DNA of 64,000 nucleotides. Source: a virus. Shown here in pieces: positions 28,067 to 38,211 of the stretch. The position numbers were made by a program, and so were the translations under genes. The stretch is from positions 7,259-71,258 of the IMG/VR virus record IMGVR_UViG_3300042907_001325. One strand, given 5' to 3'. Position 1 is the first letter of the stretch; each line of letters begins with the position of its first letter. The notes beneath the pieces were generated by a model. That model was not told where the DNA came from, searched no databases, and saw nothing but the letters and a program-made list of their open reading frames with translations.

Positions 28067-28639
28067 TTACTTTTTAATTTTACTTTCGCATTTTGAACAA
28101 AGTTCGTCACCATTTCCTTTAGTTATTTCTAACGCACAATTGTCGGTAGTACAATGGTCAAGACCTGATAGGTGAGCATATTCGTGTATTAAAGTTCTTT
28201 TTAAAGTTTGGGTACTAACTATTGCCGTAGTACCGTTACCTGCCGCACAACCTCTAACGTGTGGATATTCTTCATTTAAGGTTAATTTTTCATTAGTGAT
28301 GTAAAAAACTTTTTTACCTGAAATTTCCAAGTGGTCAAGAGCTTCACTACATTTAAGTCCATTTGAGTTATAAAACTCATTATTTAAATCAATGGACCCG
28401 TCTATAGTACATTGTATATTGTAATACCCCTCAAGAATGTTTTCAGCTTTTACTAAATCAGATTGATTAAAATCTCCTAAACCTTTAATGCAAACCACAT
28501 CGTCTAAGTCATTAAAAATACCAATATTTATTTTGGGAAAATCCCAATTGTGTTTTTCTAAATGCTCACAACCTTGCTTAGTTGCCTCAATTATTATGAC
28601 ACCCCATAAAACGTATAATAAAAATGTGTAAATCTTCAT
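28067..28639 (-). CDS. Membrane-anchored or secreted archaemetzincin-like Zn metalloprotease
   Basis: HEYAHLSGLDHC....C and LC..C; N-terminal hydrophobic helix. Confidence 0.75.
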   Translation of the reverse strand: MKIYTFLLYVLWGVIIIEATKQGCEHLEKHNWDFPKINIGIFNDLDDVVCIKGLGDFNQSDLVKAENILEGYYNIQCTIDGSIDLNNEFYNSNGLKCSEALDHLEISGKKVFYITNEKLTLNEEYPHVRGCAAGNGTTAIVSTQTLKRTLIHEYAHLSGLDHCTTDNCALEITKGNGDELCSKCESKIKK

Positions 28640-28654
28640 ACTACAAATATATAA

Positions 28655-29149
28655 TTAATTAATTTTAAATGCACTTTTTAGAGGTCTTTTTATTTTTATA
28701 GAATCCTCATAGTTACCAATCACAACACCATCTTTAATTGTAAAAGCGTGACCAGTAACCAACATAAAGAATGTTCCAACAGGGTTTTGTTTTGTAAACG
28801 TACCTACAGTCATTTTACGGTTAACTTTCACTCCTTTTACCTTAACCTCATAGTCCAAAGTTTGTACGCCAAAATTGTTAATTTTACCAACACACTTAAC
28901 TTTTTTGTAGTTTATTTGTGTTCTATTTTTTGCAAGTTCTTGCATTTTAAATGATGTACCATATGTTCCTTGTCGGTCTTTACGTCCAAATTTTTCTTTA
29001 ACATATTTATGAGCGGTATCATAAGGTATCTCAAAACAAGATGCAAACGCTCTAACAACACAATCTCTATTTTCGTGTTTTGCGATTACAGAATCATCGT
29101 AATTTTTAATTGCCTTTGATGTAGATTCATATGGTAATATGTTTTTCAT
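28655..29149 (-). CDS. Hypothetical protein with DCVVRA and GHAF motifs (possible Cys-His peptidase fold)
   Basis: 164-aa ORF; TATCTTTG-N4-ATG. Confidence 0.6.
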   Translation of the reverse strand: MKNILPYESTSKAIKNYDDSVIAKHENRDCVVRAFASCFEIPYDTAHKYVKEKFGRKDRQGTYGTSFKMQELAKNRTQINYKKVKCVGKINNFGVQTLDYEVKVKGVKVNRKMTVGTFTKQNPVGTFFMLVTGHAFTIKDGVVIGNYEDSIKIKRPLKSAFKIN

Positions 29150-29250
29150 ACCACAAAGATACTATAATAAGTTGACTTTGCAATAAATTTTTTTTATATT
29201 TTTTTTTTATTTATTAAAAAAACTAAACTTATAAAAACAAATAATTAAAA

Positions 29251-29571
29251 ATGGAAGATTATATAACCCCCTCAGAACAAGAAGGTCAAGAACAAAGCAA
29301 ACAAGACTTAATTAACGCATCGTTAATATTTGCAAGAGCTTTAGGTCTTATTTTTAAAAACGATGAAGGTATTGTTGTTGATATTAATGAAGACGTTAAA
29401 TTAGGTGATGAGGTTAAAAAAGTTATTGTATTCAAACAAAACAATCAAGTTCACATTTATAAGTGTGATGAAGATGTTCAAGAAGGTACTGCAGTTAATT
29501 TAGGACAACCTGACGGTGAAGCACCATCTGAACCAATTGCCGAAAGTGAAACACCAATTGTTGAAGAATAA
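29251..29571 (+). CDS. Acidic hypothetical protein
   Basis: 106-aa ORF upstream of clpP. Confidence 0.65.
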   Translation: MEDYITPSEQEGQEQSKQDLINASLIFARALGLIFKNDEGIVVDINEDVKLGDEVKKVIVFKQNNQVHIYKCDEDVQEGTAVNLGQPDGEAPSEPIAESETPIVEE

Positions 29572-29634
29572 TTTAAATCAATTTTGAAATTTCAAATAGT
29601 TTAACTATATTTTTATCTCACTAAAATATTAAAT

Positions 29635-30315
29635 ATGAATTACGGAAACGACTTTAAATCTTATTACACTCAACATTTGGGTAAACCATCATCACATATC
29701 GATTATTTCTCACAACAAATTGAATCATCTATGACTCCATATATTTTGGAAGAAAGAGAATTGAGAGTAACTCAAATGGATATCTTTTCACGATTAATGA
29801 GAGACCGATTATTATGGGTTGCGGGACCTGTTAATGATACCATGTCAACAATTGTACAAGCACAACTAATGTTTTTAGATTCAACCGACAAAAACGACAT
29901 TACAATGCATATTGACTCACCTGGAGGAAGCGTTAAATCTGGTTTATCTATGGTTGATGTTATGGAATATATTAATTGTGATATTCGTACGGTAAATACA
30001 GGTATGGCAGCATCAATGGGGTCAGTATTGTTAGGAGCAGGAACCAAAGGTAAACGTTCATCATTACGTTTTTCTAAAACAATGTTACATCAAACATCAG
30101 GTGGTGCTGGAGGTAACATTCAAGATGCTCGTATTAACATGATTGAATGGGAAAAAACCAATAAAATTCTTTTTGAGTTGTTGGGGTCTTATTGTGGTAA
30201 AAAAGCAGAACAAGTAATGAAAGATGCAACTCGTGATTTGTGGTTAAGTGCCGATGAAGCTCTTAAATATGGAATAATTGACGAAGTTGTTAAAACAAAA
30301 AAGAAGGGTAATTAA
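29635..30315 (+). CDS. clpP: ATP-dependent Clp protease proteolytic subunit
   Basis: MDIFSRLMRDR, DSPGGSV, GMAASMG, MLHQ, RDLWLSA.EA..YG.ID; Bacteroidota-like TPYILEER prefix. Confidence 0.95.
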   Translation: MNYGNDFKSYYTQHLGKPSSHIDYFSQQIESSMTPYILEERELRVTQMDIFSRLMRDRLLWVAGPVNDTMSTIVQAQLMFLDSTDKNDITMHIDSPGGSVKSGLSMVDVMEYINCDIRTVNTGMAASMGSVLLGAGTKGKRSSLRFSKTMLHQTSGGAGGNIQDARINMIEWEKTNKILFELLGSYCGKKAEQVMKDATRDLWLSADEALKYGIIDEVVKTKKKGN

Positions 30316-30328
30316 CCCTTCTTTTTTT
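30300..30328 (+). terminator. Terminator overlapping the clpP stop
   Basis: aaagaagggt-aatta-acccttcttt followed by T tract. Confidence 0.7.
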
Positions 30329-30404
30329 AGATTTTAGAACACCCCCTTTGTTTTATTCATCTTTATATTCAAGAGTTTTCACTCTATGAATTTTTTTATC
30401 TAAA

Positions 30405-31061
30405 TTATGCTGGTGTTTCTGCCGATAATTTAGATTCAACTTTTTCTGCATTACTTGTAAATTTACTAAATAACTCACAAATTCCTTTTGAAAATGCCCC
30501 TTCAAGACCTTCTATAAATGACGATTCTTTAATCACGCCACCAAGACTATTCCTTAAAAATGAATACCCAATACCATCAAAACCTTTTGCTTGTTGTAAA
30601 CTCATAACTAACGATTCTGCGACACTTTCAGCAACTAATTTTGTGAATAATTTACAATCACCAAAAGATTTAATTAAGTCACTGGGTTTTGATGTTAAAT
30701 ATGATACTATAAAATTTGTCATATATCCTTCACCAAAAAATTTAGATACTATATTTTTTATAATTGGTTCAAAAAATGTTTGGGTTGCATTTCCAAAAAA
30801 CCCACCAAAAATACCCTTAAGGGCTCCACCTAAGTCTTGCTCTAAAATTAATCCATTGGACTCTAAGTAAGATAGTTCTCGTAATATATTAAAAGATAAT
30901 TGAGCCTTTTTATTTTCAGATAATTTATTAAAATCATCCTTAGTTTTAATGTGCTCAACAAGCACTAAAATTCTGCTTTTAACTAAATTTTCTTTAATTA
31001 AATTCTTATTTTTTTGTGTTTTAATCTCTAATAAAGATTGTCTTACTTTTTTTTCTAACAT
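30405..31061 (-). CDS. Hypothetical protein with xxE-rich N-terminus
   Basis: SLLE, LIKE, LSE, ILEQ sites followed by amphipathic Gly/Phe helices. Confidence 0.65.
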   Translation of the reverse strand: MLEKKVRQSLLEIKTQKNKNLIKENLVKSRILVLVEHIKTKDDFNKLSENKKAQLSFNILRELSYLESNGLILEQDLGGALKGIFGGFFGNATQTFFEPIIKNIVSKFFGEGYMTNFIVSYLTSKPSDLIKSFGDCKLFTKLVAESVAESLVMSLQQAKGFDGIGYSFLRNSLGGVIKESSFIEGLEGAFSKGICELFSKFTSNAEKVESKLSAETPA

Positions 31062-31071
31062 AATTAGATTT

Positions 31072-32115
31072 TTAATTTAATTTCCATATTGAAGTATCAC
31101 CATACGTTCTTGGTGCTTCTTTACCACCAGGTGCTGATTTACCACCTCCCATTAGGTAGTCTATATATCCATCATACTTTTTGCCACCAAAAAGACCTTC
31201 CCACCGTGTATAATATCGATTTTTACACGCTTGAGCCTTTTCTTTCATAGGTATGATTTCATTAGGTTCAAAATTTAGGGAGTTTACGTATGCAAAATAA
31301 TATGATTCAATTACAGTTTTACAATCATCATCATTTTCTGGAGTTTGGTCTTTAACAGCGTCTTCAAATGCTCTTGTAATATCAGAATTTTTAATTGTTC
31401 CTCGTGGACTAAACATATATAAATCCTCAACGAATATACCCTCAGATTTTGGACTAACTAACTCTTTTTTCCAAGATTTTTCTTGTTCAGCATCAACATC
31501 TTTTTCCAATTTATATCCTTGGGCTTGCCATTTCTTAATAACCACTTTTTGTCTTTCATCTAAACCGTCTGTTATACCACTACCTGAAGTTCTTCTATAT
31601 AAAGTTCTTCCATCGGATATTTTTTTCTCATACATCACAGGATTTTCAATATTTTCTTTAGTATCGGTAGAAATCAATTCTTCGTAAGTTTTCCAACCAC
31701 CTTCGGTTTTAAGGTTTGTAATGTTTGCATCTGTTGCAATTCCAGCAATTCTTGCGGCTTCGGCAGCAGCTTCTGCGGCAGCTTTATCTGACTCTTTTTT
31801 ATTTAACGTAGTGGCAATTGCCGCACATCTCCACCTTCCACTTTTAGACCCGTCAACAAATACATACGTGAAATCCCCATAATAGTCAACCATTTTTGTT
31901 TTGTCTATTTGACTCTGTACACGATATATTGCCCGACCATTGTCTTTTCTTGTGTATAGGTTTCCACCCTTAGGAAAACACCCCGAAGCCATTGCAATTC
32001 TAAGTTTTTCTGTATCGTCAGCGAGGTCTTCTTTTAATAGAAAAGTTTTTTCTCTTTCTTTAGAATGCATTTTTAAGATATGTCTTACTTCTTCTTCGTT
32101 AATATTAATTTTCAT
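31072..32115 (-). CDS. Hypothetical protein with INEEEVRHILKMH leader
   Basis: 347-aa ORF; leader ends LLKED. Confidence 0.7.
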   Translation of the reverse strand: MKININEEEVRHILKMHSKEREKTFLLKEDLADDTEKLRIAMASGCFPKGGNLYTRKDNGRAIYRVQSQIDKTKMVDYYGDFTYVFVDGSKSGRWRCAAIATTLNKKESDKAAAEAAAEAARIAGIATDANITNLKTEGGWKTYEELISTDTKENIENPVMYEKKISDGRTLYRRTSGSGITDGLDERQKVVIKKWQAQGYKLEKDVDAEQEKSWKKELVSPKSEGIFVEDLYMFSPRGTIKNSDITRAFEDAVKDQTPENDDDCKTVIESYYFAYVNSLNFEPNEIIPMKEKAQACKNRYYTRWEGLFGGKKYDGYIDYLMGGGKSAPGGKEAPRTYGDTSIWKLN

Positions 32116-32142
32116 TTTTTTGGTTATTAATTTTATCTTTTG

Positions 32143-33132
32143 TTAAATGTTCATTGGGTCTTCACCATCTATCAGGTCAACATTCGGGTCAACAACAGGT
32201 GTAACCTTTGAGCCACAAGCCACGTCAACAGTATTTTGTGTTATTTCAGTTCCAGGTAAACCTTTGGCAACTAATGCTGACTGAGTTCCTGTTCCAAATG
32301 CACCATCAGTTTTAATAGATAAACATCCTTGAACTTTTCTAACGGTTTCGTTTTTACAATACATTGCAATTGGAAATGTGTCAGGACATGTTTTATACTT
32401 ACTTGGTGTAGGATTAGGGTTTGGTGTAGGATTAGGGTTTGGTTCTGGGTCTGGGTTTGGAACAGGTGGTGGTATTGGGCTATTGTCTTTAAACAACCAC
32501 CAAAGAACACCTACAGTTGCTATTCCTGCACCAACTTTTAATAGTGTGGGCCACGACATACCCGCTTTAATCCTTGCAACAAGACTTTTTCCTGTACTAG
32601 ACTTTCCAAGGTCAATAGCATCTTGTTTATTGTTTGTTCCTGTGCCCCTTTTTTTAGGTATGTAAGTTTTTGCAAGGTTTGCGTTTTTAGTTTTTGCGGT
32701 GTTAACTGCCGAAACTATATCATCGCTAGTTTTTAATTTTCCTGATGCAATATCTCTAATTACCTCAACTTTAGACATTTGTTTAAGTTGAGGACCCATA
32801 ACACCGGCGGGATATCCAGACTTCAAATCTGCCCTTATTGCCGATTTTAATTCTTTTTCAAATGCTATAACATCCTTTACCAAAAGAGATTCCAATCTAG
32901 CCGCGCTTATTCCAAGTTGAAACTCTGCCTTCAGTGTCGCCACAGTTTTACCTGCAAATCTACCAGTTTTAATTTTTCCCAAATTTTTTAATAAAGCGTC
33001 TGTCGCATAATTTTCGTTTAATAATTCAAAGTTTTTTGAATCTACTTTAATATTTTCAGTTAAAGTAAGGTTTGTGTTGTAATTAGAAAGTGTTCTATAT
33101 CTTTCTAATTCTTCTGATAATAAGTTTTTCAT
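32143..33132 (-). CDS. TM protein with PNP linker and C-terminal PG-binding-like domain
   Basis: Leader EELERYRTLSNY...TLTEN; TM GAGIATVGVLWWLF; VRKVQGCL...DGAFG..TQSAL. Confidence 0.65.
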   Translation of the reverse strand: MKNLLSEELERYRTLSNYNTNLTLTENIKVDSKNFELLNENYATDALLKNLGKIKTGRFAGKTVATLKAEFQLGISAARLESLLVKDVIAFEKELKSAIRADLKSGYPAGVMGPQLKQMSKVEVIRDIASGKLKTSDDIVSAVNTAKTKNANLAKTYIPKKRGTGTNNKQDAIDLGKSSTGKSLVARIKAGMSWPTLLKVGAGIATVGVLWWLFKDNSPIPPPVPNPDPEPNPNPTPNPNPTPSKYKTCPDTFPIAMYCKNETVRKVQGCLSIKTDGAFGTGTQSALVAKGLPGTEITQNTVDVACGSKVTPVVDPNVDLIDGEDPMNI

Positions 33133-33160
33133 ATAATATAAATATTAATCATTATGTAAT

Positions 33161-34531
33161 TTACGCAAATTCTTTGTTAATATAATCTTCTATTGACATT
33201 CCTTTTTCTTTTTGAAAATTAGATTCAATTTCCGTAGTATCCTGTGTTTGTCCTTGATAAATCTCAACCCCTTTTTTTATTGCTTTATCCGCTACCGTAA
33301 TAATACCTGATGTTGTTGCACCAGCCTTAGCACCTTTAACAAATTTTTGTGATGCGGTAAGTGTTGGAGCAACCGTTTTACTTGCCTTTATGGAACCTTT
33401 GCTAGCGGCTGTCGACAAATTTGATAAAGATTTTGCCATGTCTTTTAAAAACTTATTGGCTTTACCTAATATACCTGATAACCATTTGGAACCTTTAGCA
33501 AATTTTGTGGTTTTTAAATAAGATACCGCTTTGGATAAAAGTCTAGGAACGGAAGACAGAGCTCCGGCAATTTTTTGAATGAATTTTACTGTGTTTGGAG
33601 CAGTTTTTGCAATTGCCGCAAATTGTGTCATTGTTTTAGCCCCCCTAAAAACCTTAAATGCTGCTCTGGCGGCTGCCGCGACTCCACCGGCAAATACTAA
33701 TCCTAAAACATCACACCCAATCATTAACCACCTCAACCATGTTGGCATATCTTTATCTTCATAATCACCACTGGCGACCTCATATATATCTAAACCTACA
33801 ACAAATGCCCATGGAACCCATTGAACGCCCTTTCCAATACCTGTCGCAATTAATATTGAATCTAAAACAATACCAACAGGGTTATACAGTAAACTTCGTA
33901 TTTTACGAGCTAAGTATAGAACCCCCTTACCTAATAATTCAAGTATTTTTTTGAAATCAAGTTGACTAATTGCAATTCCGGCTTTTTTAAGTCCTTCCCA
34001 ACCTTTTTTTCCCATGTCGACAATGTCATTACCAAATTTTTTTCCTGCGTCAGACCAAAACTTTCCAATACCCTTAGCCGCCCCTTTAACGTCACCCTTA
34101 AACTTATCCCAACTGTATTCACTAAGTAATTCTTTAAAGATTGGTTTTAGTTTTGACATATCGCCATTAGTAGATTCTGTTAAAAGTAAAGATTTAATAG
34201 TGTTATTAATATTTTCTTTAATTTGTTGTGGTACATTGTTTGCGACATTAAATGAATGAGATATAAATAATTTAAAATTGTCAAAATTTTCCCAAATATC
34301 ACCTAAATTCTTTTTAGAATGTAAATCATATAATTCATCAAGTAAAATTAAATATTTGTTATCAGGAGATATCCAATCAGTAATTACAACACATTCTGAG
34401 CTTACAGATGTATCTACAAAATTTTCAATAAGTGATAGTTTATTTTCGTTTAAAGTTTTTGCAGGATTATACGACATTCGTAATCTTATTTCATTTAAAG
34501 ATTCTTCAGCGGTATATCTAGTGTTAATCAT
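33161..34531 (-). CDS. Multi-TM Ala/Lys-rich hypothetical protein
   Basis: Leader EIRLRMSYNPAKTLNEN; hydrophobic helices in the middle. Confidence 0.65.
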   Translation of the reverse strand: MINTRYTAEESLNEIRLRMSYNPAKTLNENKLSLIENFVDTSVSSECVVITDWISPDNKYLILLDELYDLHSKKNLGDIWENFDNFKLFISHSFNVANNVPQQIKENINNTIKSLLLTESTNGDMSKLKPIFKELLSEYSWDKFKGDVKGAAKGIGKFWSDAGKKFGNDIVDMGKKGWEGLKKAGIAISQLDFKKILELLGKGVLYLARKIRSLLYNPVGIVLDSILIATGIGKGVQWVPWAFVVGLDIYEVASGDYEDKDMPTWLRWLMIGCDVLGLVFAGGVAAAARAAFKVFRGAKTMTQFAAIAKTAPNTVKFIQKIAGALSSVPRLLSKAVSYLKTTKFAKGSKWLSGILGKANKFLKDMAKSLSNLSTAASKGSIKASKTVAPTLTASQKFVKGAKAGATTSGIITVADKAIKKGVEIYQGQTQDTTEIESNFQKEKGMSIEDYINKEFA

Positions 34532-34577
34532 AAGATTTTTATAATAAATATATGGATATTGATAATAATTTAAATTT

Positions 34578-34826
34578 TTACCAAACTTGGTTTGCAGAAC
34601 CCCTAGTTAATCCTGTTACCCATTTTTCCCCCTTTTTCCCTAACATGTTTGCATGTCCTCTTTTTGTTTGATATGAATCCTCCCATTTTGGAACATTTCC
34701 ACCGCCACCACCTGTTGATGCTGCGGCAGCTTCTTGTTCTCCTAATTCTCCGTCAATTTTTTCTTCAAAATTTGAGTAAGAATTTTTATTAAAAAAATCA
34801 ATTAAATAATCAACATCTAAATTCAT
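34578..34826 (-). CDS. Small hypothetical protein
   Basis: LGEQ site, then duplicated W...(K/T)RG.AN motif; TATTTAT before ATG. Confidence 0.65.
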   Translation of the reverse strand: MNLDVDYLIDFFNKNSYSNFEEKIDGELGEQEAAAASTGGGGGNVPKWEDSYQTKRGHANMLGKKGEKWVTGLTRGSANQVW

Positions 34827-34873
34827 ATTAATAAATATTTTTATAATTGAAAAAAAGTATTTATATTTGTACT

Positions 34874-35410
34874 ATGGAAAAAATATTTGTGGTTTTAGGG
34901 TTTTTGTTTCTCCTGACTGGTTGTGAGAAATATGTTGTTGAAAAAAGTGATATCACTTTAAGTGGTAAATATGTTATATCAAAACTTAATGTTATTAATG
35001 TTGACCAAAATCAAACTCAAGATTCTTTATATTTAATGGGGTCAACATATATTAATGATAATCTACCAAAACCATTTGATTCTATTGTAATTGATAATTT
35101 TTATCTACACATGGATTATTCAACAATTAGAATTAATATGTTAGGAGTAACTTCAACAGGTCAAGATATTTGGGAATATGGTAATTCTTCTGATGAAATT
35201 TTTTACGATATTTTAGGTAATAACTCTTATAATAATGGATACATACAATTTACATATGTAACATCAGATGGTTATGCGGCAACAATGACTTTTTTAATTG
35301 AAGACGACGGATTTGAATCGTTACAACTTAAAAGTTCTGGTGCTTGGTTTGAAAGTGAAATGGGGCAAAAACAAGTAATGACATTAGGGTTGACAAGAGT
35401 TGGCCCTTAA
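34874..35410 (+). CDS. Lipoprotein (start revised to ATG 34874)
   Basis: MEKIFVVLGFLFLLTGC lipobox; TATATTTG-N4-ATG. Confidence 0.75.
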   Translation: MEKIFVVLGFLFLLTGCEKYVVEKSDITLSGKYVISKLNVINVDQNQTQDSLYLMGSTYINDNLPKPFDSIVIDNFYLHMDYSTIRINMLGVTSTGQDIWEYGNSSDEIFYDILGNNSYNNGYIQFTYVTSDGYAATMTFLIEDDGFESLQLKSSGAWFESEMGQKQVMTLGLTRVGP

Positions 35411-35712
35411 TAATATTCCGTTTTTGGTAATAATTTTGGGTTTACCTCATAATATTCATTTAGAAATGATATAAGAACTTCTTCATCCAACTCAATTTTT
35501 GGGTCTTCATAGTAATCTTCCTCATCTTCAAATTCATCATTGTAAAATCCAAAATCTTCTGATTCAAGAATGTATCCATATTCTTCAGAAATTAAATAAT
35601 CTATATTATCTGTTCTAAGAACGTCTTCACTATCATTAATGGTTCTGAATGACACTTCTAAAATGTTTGATTCTGTATTCAGGAAGTACGACACAATTTC
35701 TTTAATTTCCAT
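35407..35712 (-). CDS. Acidic hypothetical protein
   Basis: 101-aa ORF. Confidence 0.65.
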   Translation of the reverse strand: MEIKEIVSYFLNTESNILEVSFRTINDSEDVLRTDNIDYLISEEYGYILESEDFGFYNDEFEDEEDYYEDPKIELDEEVLISFLNEYYEVNPKLLPKTEYY

Positions 35713-35798
35713 AACATTTATTTTAATTAGAAATATATAGAAAAATGTAAAAATCTACATATTATAAAAAAACCCCTATTTTTGTAGGGGTTTTTGTT

Positions 35799-36818
35799 TT
35801 AATTATATTTGTTAAAACGATTGAACATTTCTGTTATTTTATTTTTTTGAATAAAAAACGATTCTTTTAAATCATCATCAATTTCCATATCACCATTAGG
35901 TTCTACCATACCTAAATATTCTCCACTAGAATTAAATGAAGGAACCGTTTCACTACCATCGTCCATATCATCGTCCTCATCATAGTCGTCATCGTCATCG
36001 TCGTTATAGTTGTCTTCATCGTCGTCATCATCGTTGTCATCATCGTCGTCATCAAAAGCGGATTGCATTGGTTCGTAAGAGTTAATTGTATTATCTTCTA
36101 ATTCATTTACATTATATCCACTATTTGGGCCATTAGATTCAAAGTCATACGCTCCCCACTCATTTTCTTCAAGTTCGCAATCATCATCTTCATCTAATTC
36201 AATGTAATCAACATCCTCGTCATCATTATCGTCTTCATCACCAAAATTAAAGTTTTTATCACCATAATATGGGTTATACATACTTCGGTCTTTATAATCT
36301 TCTTCGTCATTATAATCGTCTTCATCACCTCTAAGTAAATCATCAATTTCTTCGGGACTCATTTTATTAGGGAATTTTTTATTACCAAATCTTGGGTGTC
36401 CATCATCCATACCACCTAATTCTTGAATGTTTGTTTTACCTGTACCTCCACATTGTTCACATACCTTACCTTCATTTGTTTCTCCACCACATTGTTCACA
36501 TACTTTACCTTCATTTGTTTCTCCACCACCACATTGTTCGCATACCTTACCTTCATTTGTTTCTCCACCACATGACTCACAAACGTTTTTATCATTAACT
36601 CCTTCGTTAATTCCCATATTGGTGTATTTTTTAATTTCACCTCTATTATTTACAACAAATCCGTCTTTGTCACCAGCATCATCATAAACGTATAATGGTT
36701 GGCGATTTGATACTTGCGGTTGCATTGTTTGGTATCCGTTATAAACACTTTTATGTTGGTCTAAAATATCTGTCTTATCTGTTGCCGATAATTGACCTAA
36801 TCCAAAATATCCTCTCAT
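35799..36818 (-). CDS. Very acidic protein with tandem CxxC-GG-ETNE repeats
   Basis: Four VCE.CGG units; poly-Asp tract; DKTDILDQH leader. Confidence 0.7.
   Translation of the reverse strand: MRGYFGLGQLSATDKTDILDQHKSVYNGYQTMQPQVSNRQPLYVYDDAGDKDGFVVNNRGEIKKYTNMGINEGVNDKNVCESCGGETNEGKVCEQCGGGETNEGKVCEQCGGETNEGKVCEQCGGTGKTNIQELGGMDDGHPRFGNKKFPNKMSPEEIDDLLRGDEDDYNDEEDYKDRSMYNPYYGDKNFNFGDEDDNDDEDVDYIELDEDDDCELEENEWGAYDFESNGPNSGYNVNELEDNTINSYEPMQSAFDDDDDDNDDDDDEDNYNDDDDDDYDEDDDMDDGSETVPSFNSSGEYLGMVEPNGDMEIDDDLKESFFIQKNKITEMFNRFNKYN
36441..36583. repeat. 36-39 bp tandem repeat
   Basis: ccacattgttcacataccttaccttcatttgtttctcca-like unit, 3 full copies plus a partial. Confidence 0.85.
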
Positions 36819-36892
36819 AGTTTTTTATTTATAAATACTTCTTAAACTCCAATTTATTTGACATACCAAAAAATAAGAGTTATGTTTTTATT

Positions 36893-37150
36893 ATGGGGAT
36901 TATTGAGGATTATAATATTGATGAAATTGCCGAAGGAGCAGTAATATTAGATGGATTAAATAATGCAATTATTGGAGTAGTTGAGGAATTTGGTAATAGT
37001 CCAAGAATCTTATATTCAAAACATAAAATTTTAGAAATTTTGACATCTCAATCTTCGATGACATGGTCTGAAGCTGAGGAGTTTTATGATTTTAATATTT
37101 TAGGGTTACACGCCGGAGAACAAAATCCAATTTTTTTAATAACAGAATAA
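36893..37150 (+). CDS. Phage-type hypothetical protein
   Basis: DGL..AIIG...Y, EAEEFYDFNILG...GE..PIF pattern. Confidence 0.7.
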   Translation: MGIIEDYNIDEIAEGAVILDGLNNAIIGVVEEFGNSPRILYSKHKILEILTSQSSMTWSEAEEFYDFNILGLHAGEQNPIFLITE

Positions 37151-37184
37151 TTCTTATTTTTGTTCATATTAAATCCATTAAATT

Positions 37185-37682
37185 ATGAATATATTTTTTT
37201 TAGATGAAGATGTTAAAAAATGTGCTCAATATCATGTTGACAAACACGTAGTTAAAATGATTTTGGAAACCGCTCAGTTATTGTGTGGGGTTCATCACGT
37301 AACCGCTCATGATACCTCTCATGTTCCATACAAGTTGTCACATAAAAATCACCCATGTTCTATTTGGTGTCGTGAATCATTATCAAACTATTTGTATTTG
37401 TGTGAATTGGGTTTGGAATTATGTAAAGAATACACTTACCGATATGGTAAACGACATAAATCTCAAGATGTTATTGAGTGGTGTTTAATTAATAAACCAA
37501 ACATCCCTGATATTGAATTTACAGAACCAGCTAAGGCGATGCCTGATGAATATAAAGTTAAATCCGTAGTTGAATCCTATAGAAATTATTATGTAGGTGC
37601 AAAATCAGGATTTGCAATTTGGAAAAATAGAGAAAAACCTTTTTGGTTTGAAAAAAAAGTGTTAGATTTACAATATAATTAA
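37185..37682 (+). CDS. Pyrimidine-dimer DNA glycosylase/endonuclease V-like protein
   Basis: MNIFFLD...CAQYH.DKHVVKMILE.AQLL, HKNHPC.IW, EYTYRYGK.H, AMPDEYK. Confidence 0.8.
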   Translation: MNIFFLDEDVKKCAQYHVDKHVVKMILETAQLLCGVHHVTAHDTSHVPYKLSHKNHPCSIWCRESLSNYLYLCELGLELCKEYTYRYGKRHKSQDVIEWCLINKPNIPDIEFTEPAKAMPDEYKVKSVVESYRNYYVGAKSGFAIWKNREKPFWFEKKVLDLQYN

Positions 37683-37736
37683 AATAACATTCACAATTAA
37701 TAAAAAAAAGTTAAATTAAATCTTACCACCAATAAT

Positions 37737-37922
37737 ATGAGTTGTACTGAGTGTCCATGGTCAATCAAAAATAAACACAACAAAAGAATCGTGGAATTTT
37801 CCAAACGAATGGATAAACCCCACAATTGCCATATGGTGAATGGAGGAAAAGAACTATGGAATATAAAAGAAAAAACAAAATGTTTTGGAAGAAAAGAATA
37901 CGAAAAAATTAACAATCAATAA
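37737..37922 (+). CDS. Small Cys/His-rich putative Zn-binding protein
   Basis: CTECPW...HNCHM...C.G. Confidence 0.6.
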   Translation: MSCTECPWSIKNKHNKRIVEFSKRMDKPHNCHMVNGGKELWNIKEKTKCFGRKEYEKINNQ

Positions 37923-37936
37923 TAAAAATAACTAAT

Positions 37937-38161
37937 ATGCAAACACTCACATTTAACACAACAACAAAAATTGTTCAACTTTTAGATGGACAATCATTAA
38001 TTCAATCAAAAATTCTTCAAAGCTATGAAAATGTTTCTACCGTTAGATGTTCGGAGTTAGGATTTTATGAGGTAATGCAAAAATTATCTGAAGATTCTAT
38101 GACAACAATTCCGGTGTTTAGAGCACCAATCGCAAACACAAACATGACTATTTATAAATAA
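37937..38161 (+). CDS. Hypothetical protein
   Basis: 74-aa ORF in a co-oriented run. Confidence 0.6.
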   Translation: MQTLTFNTTTKIVQLLDGQSLIQSKILQSYENVSTVRCSELGFYEVMQKLSEDSMTTIPVFRAPIANTNMTIYK

Positions 38162-38211
38162 TTAAATTAAAATTACATAAATACATACTTAAGAAAGGAG
38201 GATTAATTACT

